Positions 1 to 12,400 of a stretch of 64,000 nt of DNA are shown here, in pieces. This stretch comes from Vairimorpha necatrix (lineage: Eukaryota), in the NCBI GenBank assembly GCA_036630325.1, contig CP142726.1, forward strand, positions 124,001-188,000, written 5' to 3'. Made by a program: the position numbers and the translations under genes. The notes below the pieces were generated by a model. It was given only the letters and a program-made list of their open reading frames with translations. It was not told where the DNA came from and made no database searches. Position 1 is the first letter of the stretch. Each line of letters starts with the position of its first letter.

Positions 1-269
1 TTTAAAATGACATTTTAATTTAAAACATATAAGCGGATTTATAATATTAGCCTGAAAAATGCTAACAACTAATAAAAAATTATTCATATGAGCTAATAAA
101 AATCTGTGTTAATATAATTTCTTTACAGATCAGTTCCATTTATTGCATCTTCAAAACTTAAAAAATTTGCATCGCATGATATATTATTTGAAAACAATAT
201 TGAACAAATATAAATAAAATTTTTTAATAATATAAAATAAGTAAATAATGAAATTATAACTATTTTAAT

Positions 270-506
270 TTAATAACCAGAACGGGAAGAAAAATTTCTG
301 TAACTACGCCTGAAACCACCAGAGGATGCAAGGTATGGATTGTCATTAAAAGTATTACTGACATTAAAGGGGCTTTCAGTCCCAACAGTTGTTCTGTCTG
401 GTATTTTTCTGTCCCACCATAGATCAGTTTTCTTTTGTTCATTAGAATTTGAATAGATTTTCATTACAAAAGTTATGAGAAGAACTGAGAGATTCTGTAG
501 ATTCAT
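270..506 (-). CDS. Small putative secreted protein (78 aa), paralog of 3913..4188
   Basis: Hydrophobic N-terminus; shares SNE..KK..LW(W)DR...VG.E..PFNV and a Ser/Arg-rich tail with the 91-aa ORF. Confidence 0.7.
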   Translation of the reverse strand: MNLQNLSVLLITFVMKIYSNSNEQKKTDLWWDRKIPDRTTVGTESPFNVSNTFNDNPYLASSGGFRRSYRNFSSRSGY

Positions 507-2150
507 TAAGTTTCGGAAAAAAAATTCTATTTATAATAACTTTAAAACAAATCAATATACCGACAAATTAAAATAATTTTATGATATAAATATTTTGTTT
601 CAAAATTATAAAAATTACTAACTAAATTCATTTTTTATTAATTAGTATTTATTGTTGTACTTATCAAAATAAAAAAAAATTTGAAGTATTTGATATCATT
701 ATTTGTTATAGGACTCATGTTTTATTTTTACAAGTTTGTGATGAAATAGATTTACATATTTTTTGTTTTTAAAAACAAAATTGTAACACAACAAATTTAT
801 GACTACATTGTATTTTTAAAAATTCCCAAAATTTAAAAAAAAATTACTTGTCAATTTTTTTGAACAAATTATCAATTTAATAAAATTTACATACATTAGT
901 CAATAAAGCACAAACTTTGCAAATATAAACTAAAAATATTTATCATATAAGTTGAAGTTAATTTCATCAATATCTAAAAAAATATTTTATTCAAATAAAA
1001 TTTGATTTTTCTGTTCCTTTCAAGAAAATGATTTATAAATTGTATTTTACATAGAATAAAATTATATTTAGGTTAATTTTTCAATATTTCCGAATAATGT
1101 ACTCTAAATTTAATTCATTTTTGCCATCAAATATTTGTAAAATTGGGACTTAAATAGTTATATTATCGATTTCGCATTAAATAAGCCTATTGTATAGCTT
1201 ATTGAAGAAATAAAATTCATTTGTTTTTTTATGTTTTGGAATTTGTTAAATGAATTTATAATTCTAATGCCAGTTCTCAATATTACTACTACAATATGTT
1301 ATTAGACTGAACAAACACTTATGATTATATGCGAAATTATGAGAATTACTTGATACAGTATGTGGTGAGGGCAATGCTGTGAAATTAAAAAGAAAATTAA
1401 ATTTATAGGGAGCCTAACGCATATCAAATATAAAAATGTCAATTTCGAGACATTAGACATGATGTTCTCAAAATATTCGAAATCAACAACTCCATTTTAT
1501 ATTCCAACAAAGTAGACCATAATATTTTCATTTAGGTGAAGAAAAGATATGATTTTTACCTATAATTATAAAAAAAACAAAAATTATGAGTATATTTGTG
1601 ATTGAAAGCACAATCATAATACGCGGCATATATTTTAAAAAAAAGTTTTAATTTAAAAAAAAATTATCTTTGGGTGGTTCGGATAATAAAAAAAAATCAA
1701 TTTATCTTTTATAAAGCAATCAATTATCAAATTTGAAAAAACAATCCGTACAATAACGCTATATATGGTATTAAATATTATAAACAACTTAAAGGCAAGT
1801 TTTTTTCCATTATTTTGGCATAAAGTAGACAGTAAGAAAAAGCAATAAAACATGTAGTTAAACGTATATACAGCAAGATAAAAAAATGTATCTTTACTTT
1901 TTTTTAATATTTATATTTAATATTCTTTACATAATGTTTCCATATGTTTGGTAATAAATCTAAAATACGTTACCTTCACTTACAAAATAAAAATCAACCG
2001 CTAGATATTCATTAAAATATAAAGAGTATTTTTAGCATTTAATTTATTTCAATATAAAAATCCTATTAAAATAAATTTAAATTTCAATATAAAATTAATT
2101 ATAATTTTTCGGCATGGTATAATAAAATAATGTACAATACTTTTTTATAT

Positions 2151-2506
2151 TGTCACACGACATCCCTCAGAACCATTAGAGATAACAGAGGAGTTATGGA
2201 TACTAATCCCTCGGTCAAAACTGTCAAATGACTATGATGCCATTTGTTTACAATGACTTATCGTAAACAATCAATGAACAGAATACAAAGTATTTAGAAA
2301 AGCTAAAACACTCAAAATATGCTTACACCTATAACTTCATTATATCCCATCTTTTCTTGAAAGATGAAAGAGCAGGAAAATAAAACTATGAAAGGAATTA
2401 TTTTTAACCCCACACTGAGTTATGAGGGAACAGAACTACAATAAACAATTTAATAAAAATTCATATTTAGACACACCGAGCAGCAAGGGAGGCAGCACAT
2501 GTCACA
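2151..2506. mobile_element. Solo LTR (356 bp)
   Basis: TGTCAC...GTCACA termini; 5-bp TSD TATAT at 2146-2150 and 2507-2511; GC higher than flanks. Confidence 0.7.
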
Positions 2507-3912
2507 TATATAAAATATATCTATAAAATTAATATTTACGATTTTACTGGAAATATCTTGCACACAGTCATATTGAAAGTCAAATTTTCAGAAATGTCAA
2601 TTCGGAGAATGCTAAAAAAAATTGTTTTATAGACATTTAAGAACAAAAAAATATCTTAAAGCATAGTTTTGTTTATTTTTAAGAGAAAAACAAAATCTGA
2701 TACCTAAAAATATCTCTCTAAAAATTTTATAAATATGCAGTGATGACAATTAATTACGTTTTATTGTATTTAGAATATATAATTTACAATATCTTATCAG
2801 TCTTAGTCAAACATATTATATAATTCAATTTTTGTTAGATCTAGAATTTTCGACTCCGTCGTCTTAAATCTACAATTTAGCGTGCCATATTTATACTGAT
2901 ATTTTTTTGTGTTAGTTTCTAGCTTTAGAATTAACAAAACGAAACAAAAAATTATTTTTATGAAGCAATAATGCATTTTTTGCGCAAAAATTACTTTAAG
3001 AAATTAAAAAGAAAGAAAGTGAAAAAAAACATAACATCTTTTTGTAGTAGATTTTATCGATTTTATAAAAAATTGTTCAAATATTTTTTCATAATGTTTT
3101 TTATCATAAAGTCAAACTCGCCTTTACTTTTGAATATATTACTTGAATAATATTAGCATTTACAGAACTTAGTTTTAAAAGATGCTTATTGTTTACATAG
3201 ATATTAAACAAATATATAAAGTTTTTTAAAGTATTTTTTAGCTTTTATTGTTTTATCTAAAAATATTTGCAAATCAAAACACCAAGCAAATACATTTTAA
3301 GACCATTGGTTGAATAGAATACACTCATTACGTGGGTTTTGAACAATTTCATTAAATTTAATTTAAACAAGGCTCTTTTTTAAGCTATTGCACATTTTAA
3401 TTTATTTTTATTCTTAAAATTTTTATTGTTATAATTTTAAATAGTTAATTTTGAGAAACTTTTTACTGCATTATATTAATAATTACATTTACACATTATG
3501 ACAATGTGTTTAGCTATAACGAACGATAGCTATATAAGTCACAAATTAGAGTGATATTAAATTTGTGCTCTTCCTTTTTTTCTCTCACGATTTACTGGTT
3601 TATCAATATGTCACATATTTTCAGTTTCATCTTATAAGCAAACCATTCTACGGGCTAGACAGATGTTAATATAAGTAAATAAATTTTTAATCCACAAGTT
3701 TTTTTTTGTAAAACTTAAATCTTTTCTCTGTTATAAATAAAAATTTTATAAGGTAAAATCATTAAAAGATTTTAACATCAATACACTAATTACATATGTT
3801 TCATTTATTGTTTTACTTTATTCGTATGTTTTGTTTATTTCATAAATTGTTGTAGTTATAAATGTTTGAAAAAATGAATAACAAAAAAAAAGTACGTGGC
3901 TAACAGTATTTA

Positions 3913-4188
3913 TTATATTTGTGCAGTAGGATTGATTGAACTGCTGCTAGAAGTCCTACTAAATCTTCTGCTATATGAAGAACCTGAGTATCCCGCATTC
4001 ACATTAAAAGGATCATTTTCATTCCCAACCGGCTCAATAGAAGATGGATATGGATAATCGGCTCTCCACGGTCTTGTAAACCTATCCCATAATCCCCAAT
4101 TCGATTTTTTCAAATTTGATGATGCTTCGTTTGAATTCAAGGCAATGATAGATACTGAAAAGCTTAAGATTGTATTTAATAATTTCAT
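3913..4188 (-). CDS. Small putative secreted protein (91 aa), paralog of 270..506
   Basis: Signal-peptide-like MKLLNTILSFSVSIIA; WGLWDR and PVGNENDPFNV motifs shared with paralog. Confidence 0.75.
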   Translation of the reverse strand: MKLLNTILSFSVSIIALNSNEASSNLKKSNWGLWDRFTRPWRADYPYPSSIEPVGNENDPFNVNAGYSGSSYSRRFSRTSSSSSINPTAQI

Positions 4189-4739
4189 GTGTTTTTTTCA
4201 CAAAAAAAAAATATTTATATTTTAAGTGAAACACTATGTTTCAAAGATTACCCATACATTATAGAAAATGTAAACTGTTCGTCTTGATTTAACTAATCAA
4301 TGCTACTTTATATAAAAGTGAAACGTTTTAAAGTTCATCATAACTAGTATGATATTTTTTTGTAATTTAAAATTTTTTATTTCTAATAAATCATAAATAG
4401 ATAGATCCTGTCCTGATTATGGAACTTATTTTTTCCTTTTTATAATGTACAATTCAGAAGAGTTTAATATCAAAGTACTATGTGTCATATATTGAAACAT
4501 AGGCTTAAATAAATAAATAATAAAACAAAATATTATTGCCAAGTACTAAAAGTTTTTTAAAGAATAAAAATGTAGTCAATGCATACTTTCATCTTTGTAA
4601 TTTGTTTTTAAAAATTTTTTTTAGTTAAAATTTATTGACAGAAAATAAAAAACATTATATTAAATACTTTTTAGAATTTTTGCGTAGATAAAAAACAATG
4701 GAAGTAATTTCTAATTTATAACAAAAAAATTGAGAAAAT

Positions 4740-4811
4740 AGGGCCCAGCAGGGATTGAACCTGCGACCTACCGCTTTGCAGGCGACTGTTCTACCACTGA
4801 ACTATGGACCC
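4740..4811 (-). tRNA. tRNA-Cys(GCA)
   Basis: Reverse complement GGGTCCATAGTTCAGTGGTAGAACAGTCGCCTGCAAAGCGGTAGGTCGCAGGTTCAATCCCTGCTGGGCCCT folds as a cloverleaf with loop CT-GCA-AA. Confidence 0.95.
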
Positions 4812-5787
4812 ACAAGAAAGTTTGTTTTTTACATATTTTAAATGTTGTGTTTTTTTTTTTCATTAACTCATTAAAAATTTGAAATCACCATATGAAGTAC
4901 AATAATAAATCTTTGAAGAAGACAATTATGAAAGAAAAAATTTGTAAAACATACAAGGATTATATAAACCTATACACAAGTCAATATAAAAAATATACAA
5001 CTATCAGCCAAAGAAATCATCTGGCGCTCTGAATATAAGAAACAATTTAACTATTCAAAAGCCAAGAATAAACAAATCGAAATAATTTACATATGAAGAC
5101 CGATAAGCAAATAAACGAATAAAGTAAATAAGAAGACATTGGCAAAAAGAGCTAATAGAAGCATAAAATTCGATTCTCTGTTCCATACACTTAGTTTAAA
5201 GAATTGGACTGTGATTAAAAAAATATAAAAAAATTATTAGCTGGGCAATATTAAGCTTTGAATATTGTAAAGCCATGTAATTATAAATGAATAATACATA
5301 AAAGTAAATATAATAAAATGGTTGATTTCAAATAAAAGTTGGGTGCGATATTAACAATGTTTATTTAATATATACAACAGGCTATATAAATTAAATATCC
5401 TCACATTTTAATATGATTTTTTTTATTATTGTTTAATGGTTCATAATGTAAAGGTATCCACAAAACTTCAAAAAAGGAGAAAAAGTTAAAAATCGACTTT
5501 ATTTATCAGAAAAAACATAAAGTTAATTTAACATAAAAAATTATCCCCAATTAATTGTATTTTTATATTGATCAAAGATCAATAAAATCAGTAAAAATTT
5601 CATAGAAAAAAAAGTAGTTTTAAGGATTAAGTTTTGATTTTTATAACAAAATAATAACTTTACATTTTTAATGTTTAAAATTTCTATTTGTTCCTTCAAA
5701 CAACATTTTCGAAGTTAACAAATAAAAATTTTAATTGAAACCTGAGTTTTAAAAAAAAATATAAAAGATCATTTTTCTTTTCAAAAC

Positions 5788-6456
5788 ATGTTGAGCTTTT
5801 TCATTGCAAATATCATGGCCGGAGTTGAAGGTAAAGCAGGATCTCCTGGTGCAGCAACTTCAGAAAGTACTCCATTGTCAGGTCCTTTAGCTCAAATTCT
5901 ATATATCTTTATCCTTGTTGATCTTGTATTTCTATTGTATGTTGTATTCTTTCCTGAAAACAAATTTAGAGAATATACACGATTCCTACTTCTAACACAC
6001 GGCTCCTTTATATCAATATATAAGATCTTGGATTATTTTAAATTTTCCAACCAGTACGCTTATTTAGCTGTTCTTGTCCTTATTTTGATCGCCTACTATT
6101 TCCTGTGTAAAAATGATTTGTTTGTACAGATCATCACGATTGTAAATTGTTGTACATTATTAAGTACATTTGTATACAGTCTTCTTGGTGGAACATCTTA
6201 CCAATATATTGCTTCGGGAACAAGCACACTTGTATTTGCGGCATTGTTTATTTTCCTTGGAATTACAAGATTTGAAGTCTTATTCAAAATTCATACGATA
6301 ATGATATGTTATTTGGTGATTGTATTCCTTGTAGAAAAATTCACCGGATTCCCAGTTTTCCGCGGAGAAAACAAGGACGTGAAATCTTTATCTTTGAATT
6401 TACTACTTGGCGTTATCATCTTCGGTACATTGACTTACGTACTGTTCTTTAAATAA
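5788..6456 (+). CDS. Multi-pass membrane protein (about 6 TM), family member 1
   Basis: 222-aa ORF, alternating hydrophobic segments; aligns to the next gene (DLVFLLYV..FLLLTHG, FKIHT). Confidence 0.85.
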   Translation: MLSFFIANIMAGVEGKAGSPGAATSESTPLSGPLAQILYIFILVDLVFLLYVVFFPENKFREYTRFLLLTHGSFISIYKILDYFKFSNQYAYLAVLVLILIAYYFLCKNDLFVQIITIVNCCTLLSTFVYSLLGGTSYQYIASGTSTLVFAALFIFLGITRFEVLFKIHTIMICYLVIVFLVEKFTGFPVFRGENKDVKSLSLNLLLGVIIFGTLTYVLFFK

Positions 6457-6697
6457 AAGGATTTGAAGTTTAACTTTCTTTATAGTATCATTAAAAAAAT
6501 ACCCTCATAATTAATATAAAATTTTTTAAGTTTAATAATTTAATAGGAAATTTTAGTATTTTTATAAAGTAAATATAAAAATGGTTTTTTATTATAATTT
6601 TGATATATTTTTTCAATTGTACACTATTTTAAACCTGATGCAAAATTATGAAACACATATTTTGTTTCGTTATATAAACAAATTAATATTTATCTAT

Positions 6698-7318
6698 ATG
6701 ATTTTATTACTTTTGAATTACATATACTGCACAGAAGAACAAGTATCGACCTCTAGTTCTTATTTATATAGCGTACTTATATTTCTAGATTTAATTTTCT
6801 TATTATTTGTCGCTCATAGTAAAAATAAGACTCTTAAGAAACACACATCATTTATTCTTATGTCTCATGGGACAGTCTTGGCATTAAAAGAGATATTTGG
6901 ATTAGGCTTGTATCTTTTTGTAGCTGTAGCATTATTTATCGCTATAATTTATTATAATATATCTAGTAATAATGTGCTTCTTAGATTAATATACTTAGTA
7001 AATAGTGGTTTATTAACTGGCGTTATATTTTACAATATATCTGATAGCAGATCAGTTAGTCCTACGTTTAGTTTACAAATAATATTAATTTTGTGTGGAT
7101 TTTATCTTCTATTTGCTGTTATAAGGGTAAACATTCTGGTGAAGATACACACTGTTGTTGTAGGCTATTTACTGTGTTGTTATTTTCTGTATGGAATGTT
7201 CAATATAAGTTTATTGAATGAACTAAAAGAAAATAATGTGCATACTGGAAGAGTCAGTAAGACATTTTTCAACTTGTTCATCATCCTGACACTGTCATAT
7301 ATTGAATTCGCATTTTGA
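6698..7318 (+). CDS. Multi-pass membrane protein, tandem paralog (ORF open from 6581; probable start 6698)
   Basis: DLIFLLFV..FILMSHG and VKIHT match the 5788 protein; MILLLLNYIYC looks like a signal peptide. Confidence 0.8.
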   Translation: MILLLLNYIYCTEEQVSTSSSYLYSVLIFLDLIFLLFVAHSKNKTLKKHTSFILMSHGTVLALKEIFGLGLYLFVAVALFIAIIYYNISSNNVLLRLIYLVNSGLLTGVIFYNISDSRSVSPTFSLQIILILCGFYLLFAVIRVNILVKIHTVVVGYLLCCYFLYGMFNISLLNELKENNVHTGRVSKTFFNLFIILTLSYIEFAF

Positions 7319-7643
7319 TGTTTTATTAAAATGATTTCTAGCTAATTTTGAACTTTATTTTACATTTCATAATACTTTTTTAAATAGACAGTAATTGTTT
7401 GATATAAGTTCCAACCAAATTTAAAATTTTTCTTGTAACTTTTATATTTGTTATGAGTTTTAAGATCAATTATAAAATATAATTAATTAAAAACGGTCGA
7501 CTTATTTATTGAAATTTTTGTTTTCGGCTAATATGATTAAATTCATCAAGAAACTCTTTTTTCTCAACAAATAGCTTTTAAATGCAATCCATATCAAGAC
7601 AGACATTTTTGAATAATAAACACTTTGTTTTTTGCCCTCTAGT

Positions 7644-7940
7644 ATGGAAAGTTCAAATTTGGAATATAAAAAATCCATTTTAGTTTCACATTTCAAATCT
7701 TTAGGATTTCAAGTTCAAGATGGTATCAAATACGGCATTGATTTTTTGTTGTACACTGATAATCCAGAAAATGTACATTCAAAATACGGAGTCCTCGTAG
7801 AAAACGGTCAATCTTTTTTTGATTTAATGAGTGTACAACGAGTGTGTAATACTGTCAAAAAAGAGTTGATAGTGGTGGTTTTTAGAAACAGTACAATTTT
7901 TGATATATTTTCTGTGGAAAGATTTTTAACTACTCAATAG
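7644..7940 (+). CDS. tRNA-splicing endonuclease catalytic subunit (Sen2/Sen34-like), minimal
   Basis: GFQVQDGIKYGIDFLLYTDNPENVHSKY and RVCNTVKK carry the Tyr-His-Lys triad motifs; ATG at 7644 preceded by CCC. Confidence 0.85.
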   Translation: MESSNLEYKKSILVSHFKSLGFQVQDGIKYGIDFLLYTDNPENVHSKYGVLVENGQSFFDLMSVQRVCNTVKKELIVVVFRNSTIFDIFSVERFLTTQ

Positions 7941-8050
7941 ACCAATTATAACGGTAAATTGAAAAATGAAATTTAAAAATGTATTTATCTTAACTACTTT
8001 ATAGAATAACTTAAAAAAATGTTGAAATAAATGCTTTTATAATATTTATT

Positions 8051-8809
8051 TTAGGCGGATGCAGGTGTTTCTTTTTTGACTGCATTCTTTGTAGCTGTTT
8101 CAATCTTATTTGCTTTTTCTTCTGCCCAATCCGAATAAAAAGTAAATGAAACAAAATATATTCCTACAATTGATAGGACCACTCCACTTATACCAAAATA
8201 TATAATTTTTTTAACCACGCTTTCCTGACTAGTTCCATGGATTCCCTTAAAAATATTTATCAGATTGGTCATTTGTATAATTGATAAAACTGAAATAGTG
8301 ACAGTAAAAGTTTTTGCAAAGCACAGCTGCGCCTTGGCTGTCCCATTGTACAATAATATCAATAATAAATATAATACAATACCCAATACTCCGAGTTTTA
8401 TAGTACTAGAAACTCTAAAAATGACAGCTGAAAGGTAGCATATTCCAAATGAATTGACCATACATAAGAATATTCTAAGAAATTTATCATTGACGCTTAT
8501 AATTGCGCAGACTGGTGCTGTTATTATAGCAATTAGCCAATAGAATAAACCAAACCATTTTATACCAAAAGACTCTAAAACAACTTCAATACCAAAAAAC
8601 ATTCCTTGTAAAATAATGGCCTGTTGTTGTAAACCAATAAAAAGGCTTTTACGGCGCATTATGAAAATAATAAAAAAACAAAGTAGTACTGAATAAATAA
8701 TTCTATATAATATTCCTGTATTTTCTTTAGCAACAGAAGGGATTTGTATGCCTATAGTATTTACAAATTCATTTTTAGTTGCATTTATAAATCTTATAAG
8801 GATTATCAT
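8051..8809 (-). CDS. Multi-pass membrane protein, possible distant member of the 5788/6698 family
   Basis: About 252 aa, 6-7 hydrophobic segments of similar layout; first in-frame ATG at 8809. Confidence 0.8.
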   Translation of the reverse strand: MIILIRFINATKNEFVNTIGIQIPSVAKENTGILYRIIYSVLLCFFIIFIMRRKSLFIGLQQQAIILQGMFFGIEVVLESFGIKWFGLFYWLIAIITAPVCAIISVNDKFLRIFLCMVNSFGICYLSAVIFRVSSTIKLGVLGIVLYLLLILLYNGTAKAQLCFAKTFTVTISVLSIIQMTNLINIFKGIHGTSQESVVKKIIYFGISGVVLSIVGIYFVSFTFYSDWAEEKANKIETATKNAVKKETPASA

Positions 8810-9009
8810 GTACAAGTATCATATATATAAAAGAATTTTATTTAATTTTTTACCCCTAAAACTCAAAAAAAGAGAAAATTTAAAATGATATAATTTTTGT
8901 TTTAAAACAAAATTAAATGCTTTCACTGTATTTTATAGACAATTTTAGACCAGATACGTTATTTACATTTTATTTATAAATCATTTTCGAAATGCTTAGA
9001 AATATGATT

Positions 9010-9410
9010 TTCTCCCTTTTAATTTCTTCCTTTTAGAGAATGAAAACAAAAACAATATGAAACAAAATGTAGAAAAAATTTGTTACTAATGTGTGAAATT
9101 AACTCAATTGGATTAAAATTTGTTACTGAATTAACGTTACCACTGCTATGTTGATTCAATAATAATACTTAACTTCTAAAAATCACATTTGCTCCTTTTT
9201 AATTCTTCCTACCAGAAATGGAAAATCAAAAATCAAAAATCAAAACAAGAAACAAACACTAAAAAGATGATTTACAAACATTAGAAATTTATCAACTGAA
9301 TAACAAACTCAATTAATTTTTATTTAGACTAATATCAATGCTATTTATTAAAAAATCATAGTCTCATTTTTGTTTTCTTCTTTCCCAAAATGGAATTTCA
9401 AAAACTATAA
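9010..9410 (+). repeat. Three degenerate ~180-bp subterminal repeats of the Helitron
   Basis: Recurring pyrimidine tract plus (g)aaatggaa..caaaaa unit near 9010, 9192 and 9365. Confidence 0.5.
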
Positions 9411-9437
9411 ATAAATTTTTTTTCTTTACCCCTCATT

Positions 9438-12400
9438 ATGTTTATGAAAAATCAAGCAAACAACGATTTGAATAAACAACCCAAAGCAACTGTTACTATC
9501 TCTCAGGAGATATGTAGTAATACAGAAAATAACAATGTTATTTTCTATGAGGCCAACACCTCTGTATATAATCAAAAAAATAAAAAAACAAATGCTGGAG
9601 AAACAAAAAAAAGGAATTCTATATTCAGTTTCTCTAGCGACAACAAAACACCAAGCAAACCAATAAACAACAAAAAAGAATTAGATGACTTAAAAGATAA
9701 CAGAATAATAGAAGCTCTTACGGAAAGATTAGATTTAGCATGTAGAATCACAAGCAGAAACCATGCTGAACATTATTGTGGAGATCTGAAAGAAGAATGT
9801 GCCTTTTGTGGTGCATTACATTTTGCTGGAGAAGCAAGCAGCAATGGATTATACAAAAGCTGCTGTCATTTTGGGAAAGTTAAATTACAAAGAACAAGAG
9901 ACTTCCCAGATGACATTAAGAATTTATATATAGGAAAAAATAAAGATGCAAAAAACTTCAGAGATAATATTAGATCCTACAATGCTGCTCTTTCTTTTGC
10001 TTCTCTTGGTGCTCAAATAGAAACTGTATCCAATGGACCGTATGTATTTAAAATACATGGTCAAGTGTATCATAACACTTATAATGTAAATAATATGGAC
10101 TCTAATGCACCAAAGAAGTATGCTCAATTATATGTAGTAGATAGTGATATGGCAAATGTTCAAAGAATGATGAATCCATCTAATAGAAATTGTGATATAT
10201 ATATCATGAGCAAATTAGATGGATTTATAAGATCTGCCAATCCATATTCCAATGCATACAAGAATATGTCTGAAGTAATAAAGGAGCAAAAGGAGATGGG
10301 AAAAGAAGTTAAAGACATTTCTATGGTCTTTAATAAGAATTTAGAAAGAGATCAGAGAAGATATAATGCTCCCTCTACAAGTGAAATCGCAATGATTTTT
10401 ACTGATCCAAATGGAGAACCACCATTTGAAAGGGACATTAAAGTATATAGCAAGGGTCTTAGTTCTGATAATTTACATTTGGATATTTTAAGTCCACATT
10501 TAGATCCAATGACGTATACTTTGTTCTATCCACATGGCGAAGCTGGATGGAACGCAAATTTAAGGATTGAGTCTTATCATGGGGAATCACAGAAGATATC
10601 TTTACTACAATATAAAGTAGCACAAATATCTATAAGAAAAGATAAGTTCAATCCTTTACTCTATGGAGGAAAGTTATTTCAACAATGGATTGTAGATTCA
10701 TATCTACAAGTCGAAGCAAATAACTTAAACTTCATAAAGTTAAATCAGAAGAAGTTGAGGGTAGATCTTTACAAAGGCTTAGTAGATTATGTGAACAATG
10801 GAATAGAAAGTAATGCTAAGCCTGTAATTTTACCATCAAGCTTCCAGGGATCTCCAAGAAATATGAGGGAAAGATACCACGATGCAATGTCTATCGTAAG
10901 AAATTTCGGCAAGCCCGATCTTTTCATTACTATGACTTGCAATCCAAATTGGAAGGAGATAAAGGAGAATCTATTTGAGGGACAAACTGCAGTTGATAGG
11001 CCTGATTTGGTAGCAAAGGTCTTCAACTTGAAATTAAAAAGCATGATGGGGGAGATTTTGTCAGGAAGAGTATTTGGGGAAGTTGTGGCTCATGTCTATT
11101 CTATTGAGTTCCAAAAACGTGGACTTCCCCATGCTCACATATTGATAATGTTAAAGGATAAGATTCGGGATGAAGAAAGAATAGATAAGTTTGTAAGTGC
11201 AGAAATACCATCGCCCATGGAAAATGAAGTGTTACACACCTGTGTAACAAAACATATGATTCATGGACCATGTGGACTAAATAACTTGACAAGTCCATGT
11301 ATGGAAAATGGTCTCTGCACCAAGGAATATCCTAAGGAACATAATACTGAAACAAGGATCAATAAAGACGGATATCCTGAGTACAGACGATCTAGAGGGG
11401 CCGAGTACAATGTAAGGGGCAACATTGTTACTAATGCTAACGTGGTCCCTTATAATGCTTATCTACTTGAAAAATACAATTGTCATATCAATGTAGAAGT
11501 TTGTACTTCTATCAAGTCAGTAAAGTATATTTTCAAGTATATTTACAAGGGATTTGATTGTGCTGAAATGAGAATAACTGACAACAATGAAATTGATCAT
11601 TTTGTGAATTCCAGATATGTCTCAGCACCAGAGGCTACCTGGAGATTAATGGAATACAAGATGCATGGAAGATCTCATAAGATCCATAGACTTCCTGTGC
11701 ATCTTCCACAAGAACAATTGATCACTTTCGAAGAAGGCAGAGAAGAGGAAGCCGTTAGATTGTCCGATCTTAGACAGACTCCTCTTTTAGCCTACTTCAA
11801 ATTGAATGAAGTTGATGAAGGAGCACATCGATTTTCGTATAGTGAGATACCCTATCACTATACATATAAAAGGGGAGAATGGATTAGGAGAAAGAATAAG
11901 TATAGTAAGATAATTACTAGACTTTATTCTGTATCTCCAATAGAGAAGGAAAGATTTAGCCTCAGAGTTCTATTGATCAATGTAAAGGGGGCTAAGTCAT
12001 ATGAGGATTTGAGAACTGTAAATGGTGTAGTTTACAGTTCTTTCGCAGAGGCGGTGGAAGAAAGAGGACTTCTTCAAGATGATAAAGAATGGGAAAGGGC
12101 TTTGGATGAGGCCGTATCGACCGAGTCCCCATCAATAATAAGAGCATTGTTTGGATATATTTGTGCTTTCAATAAGCCTAAAAATACCAAAGAACTCTTT
12201 GAGAAGTATCTTGGAGATATGTCTGAAGATCTAGATCAGAATAGTAGAGACGAAATATTAAGTAGATTAAAAGATATAGTTAATGCTCATGGATGGAGCT
12301 TAAATGCTCTGGGTTTAGATGAGCCGATTAACTATATCAAGAATGAAAGAGCCGTCTCTGGCATTGAACATGATCTAGATCAGATGATATCCTCTTTGAA

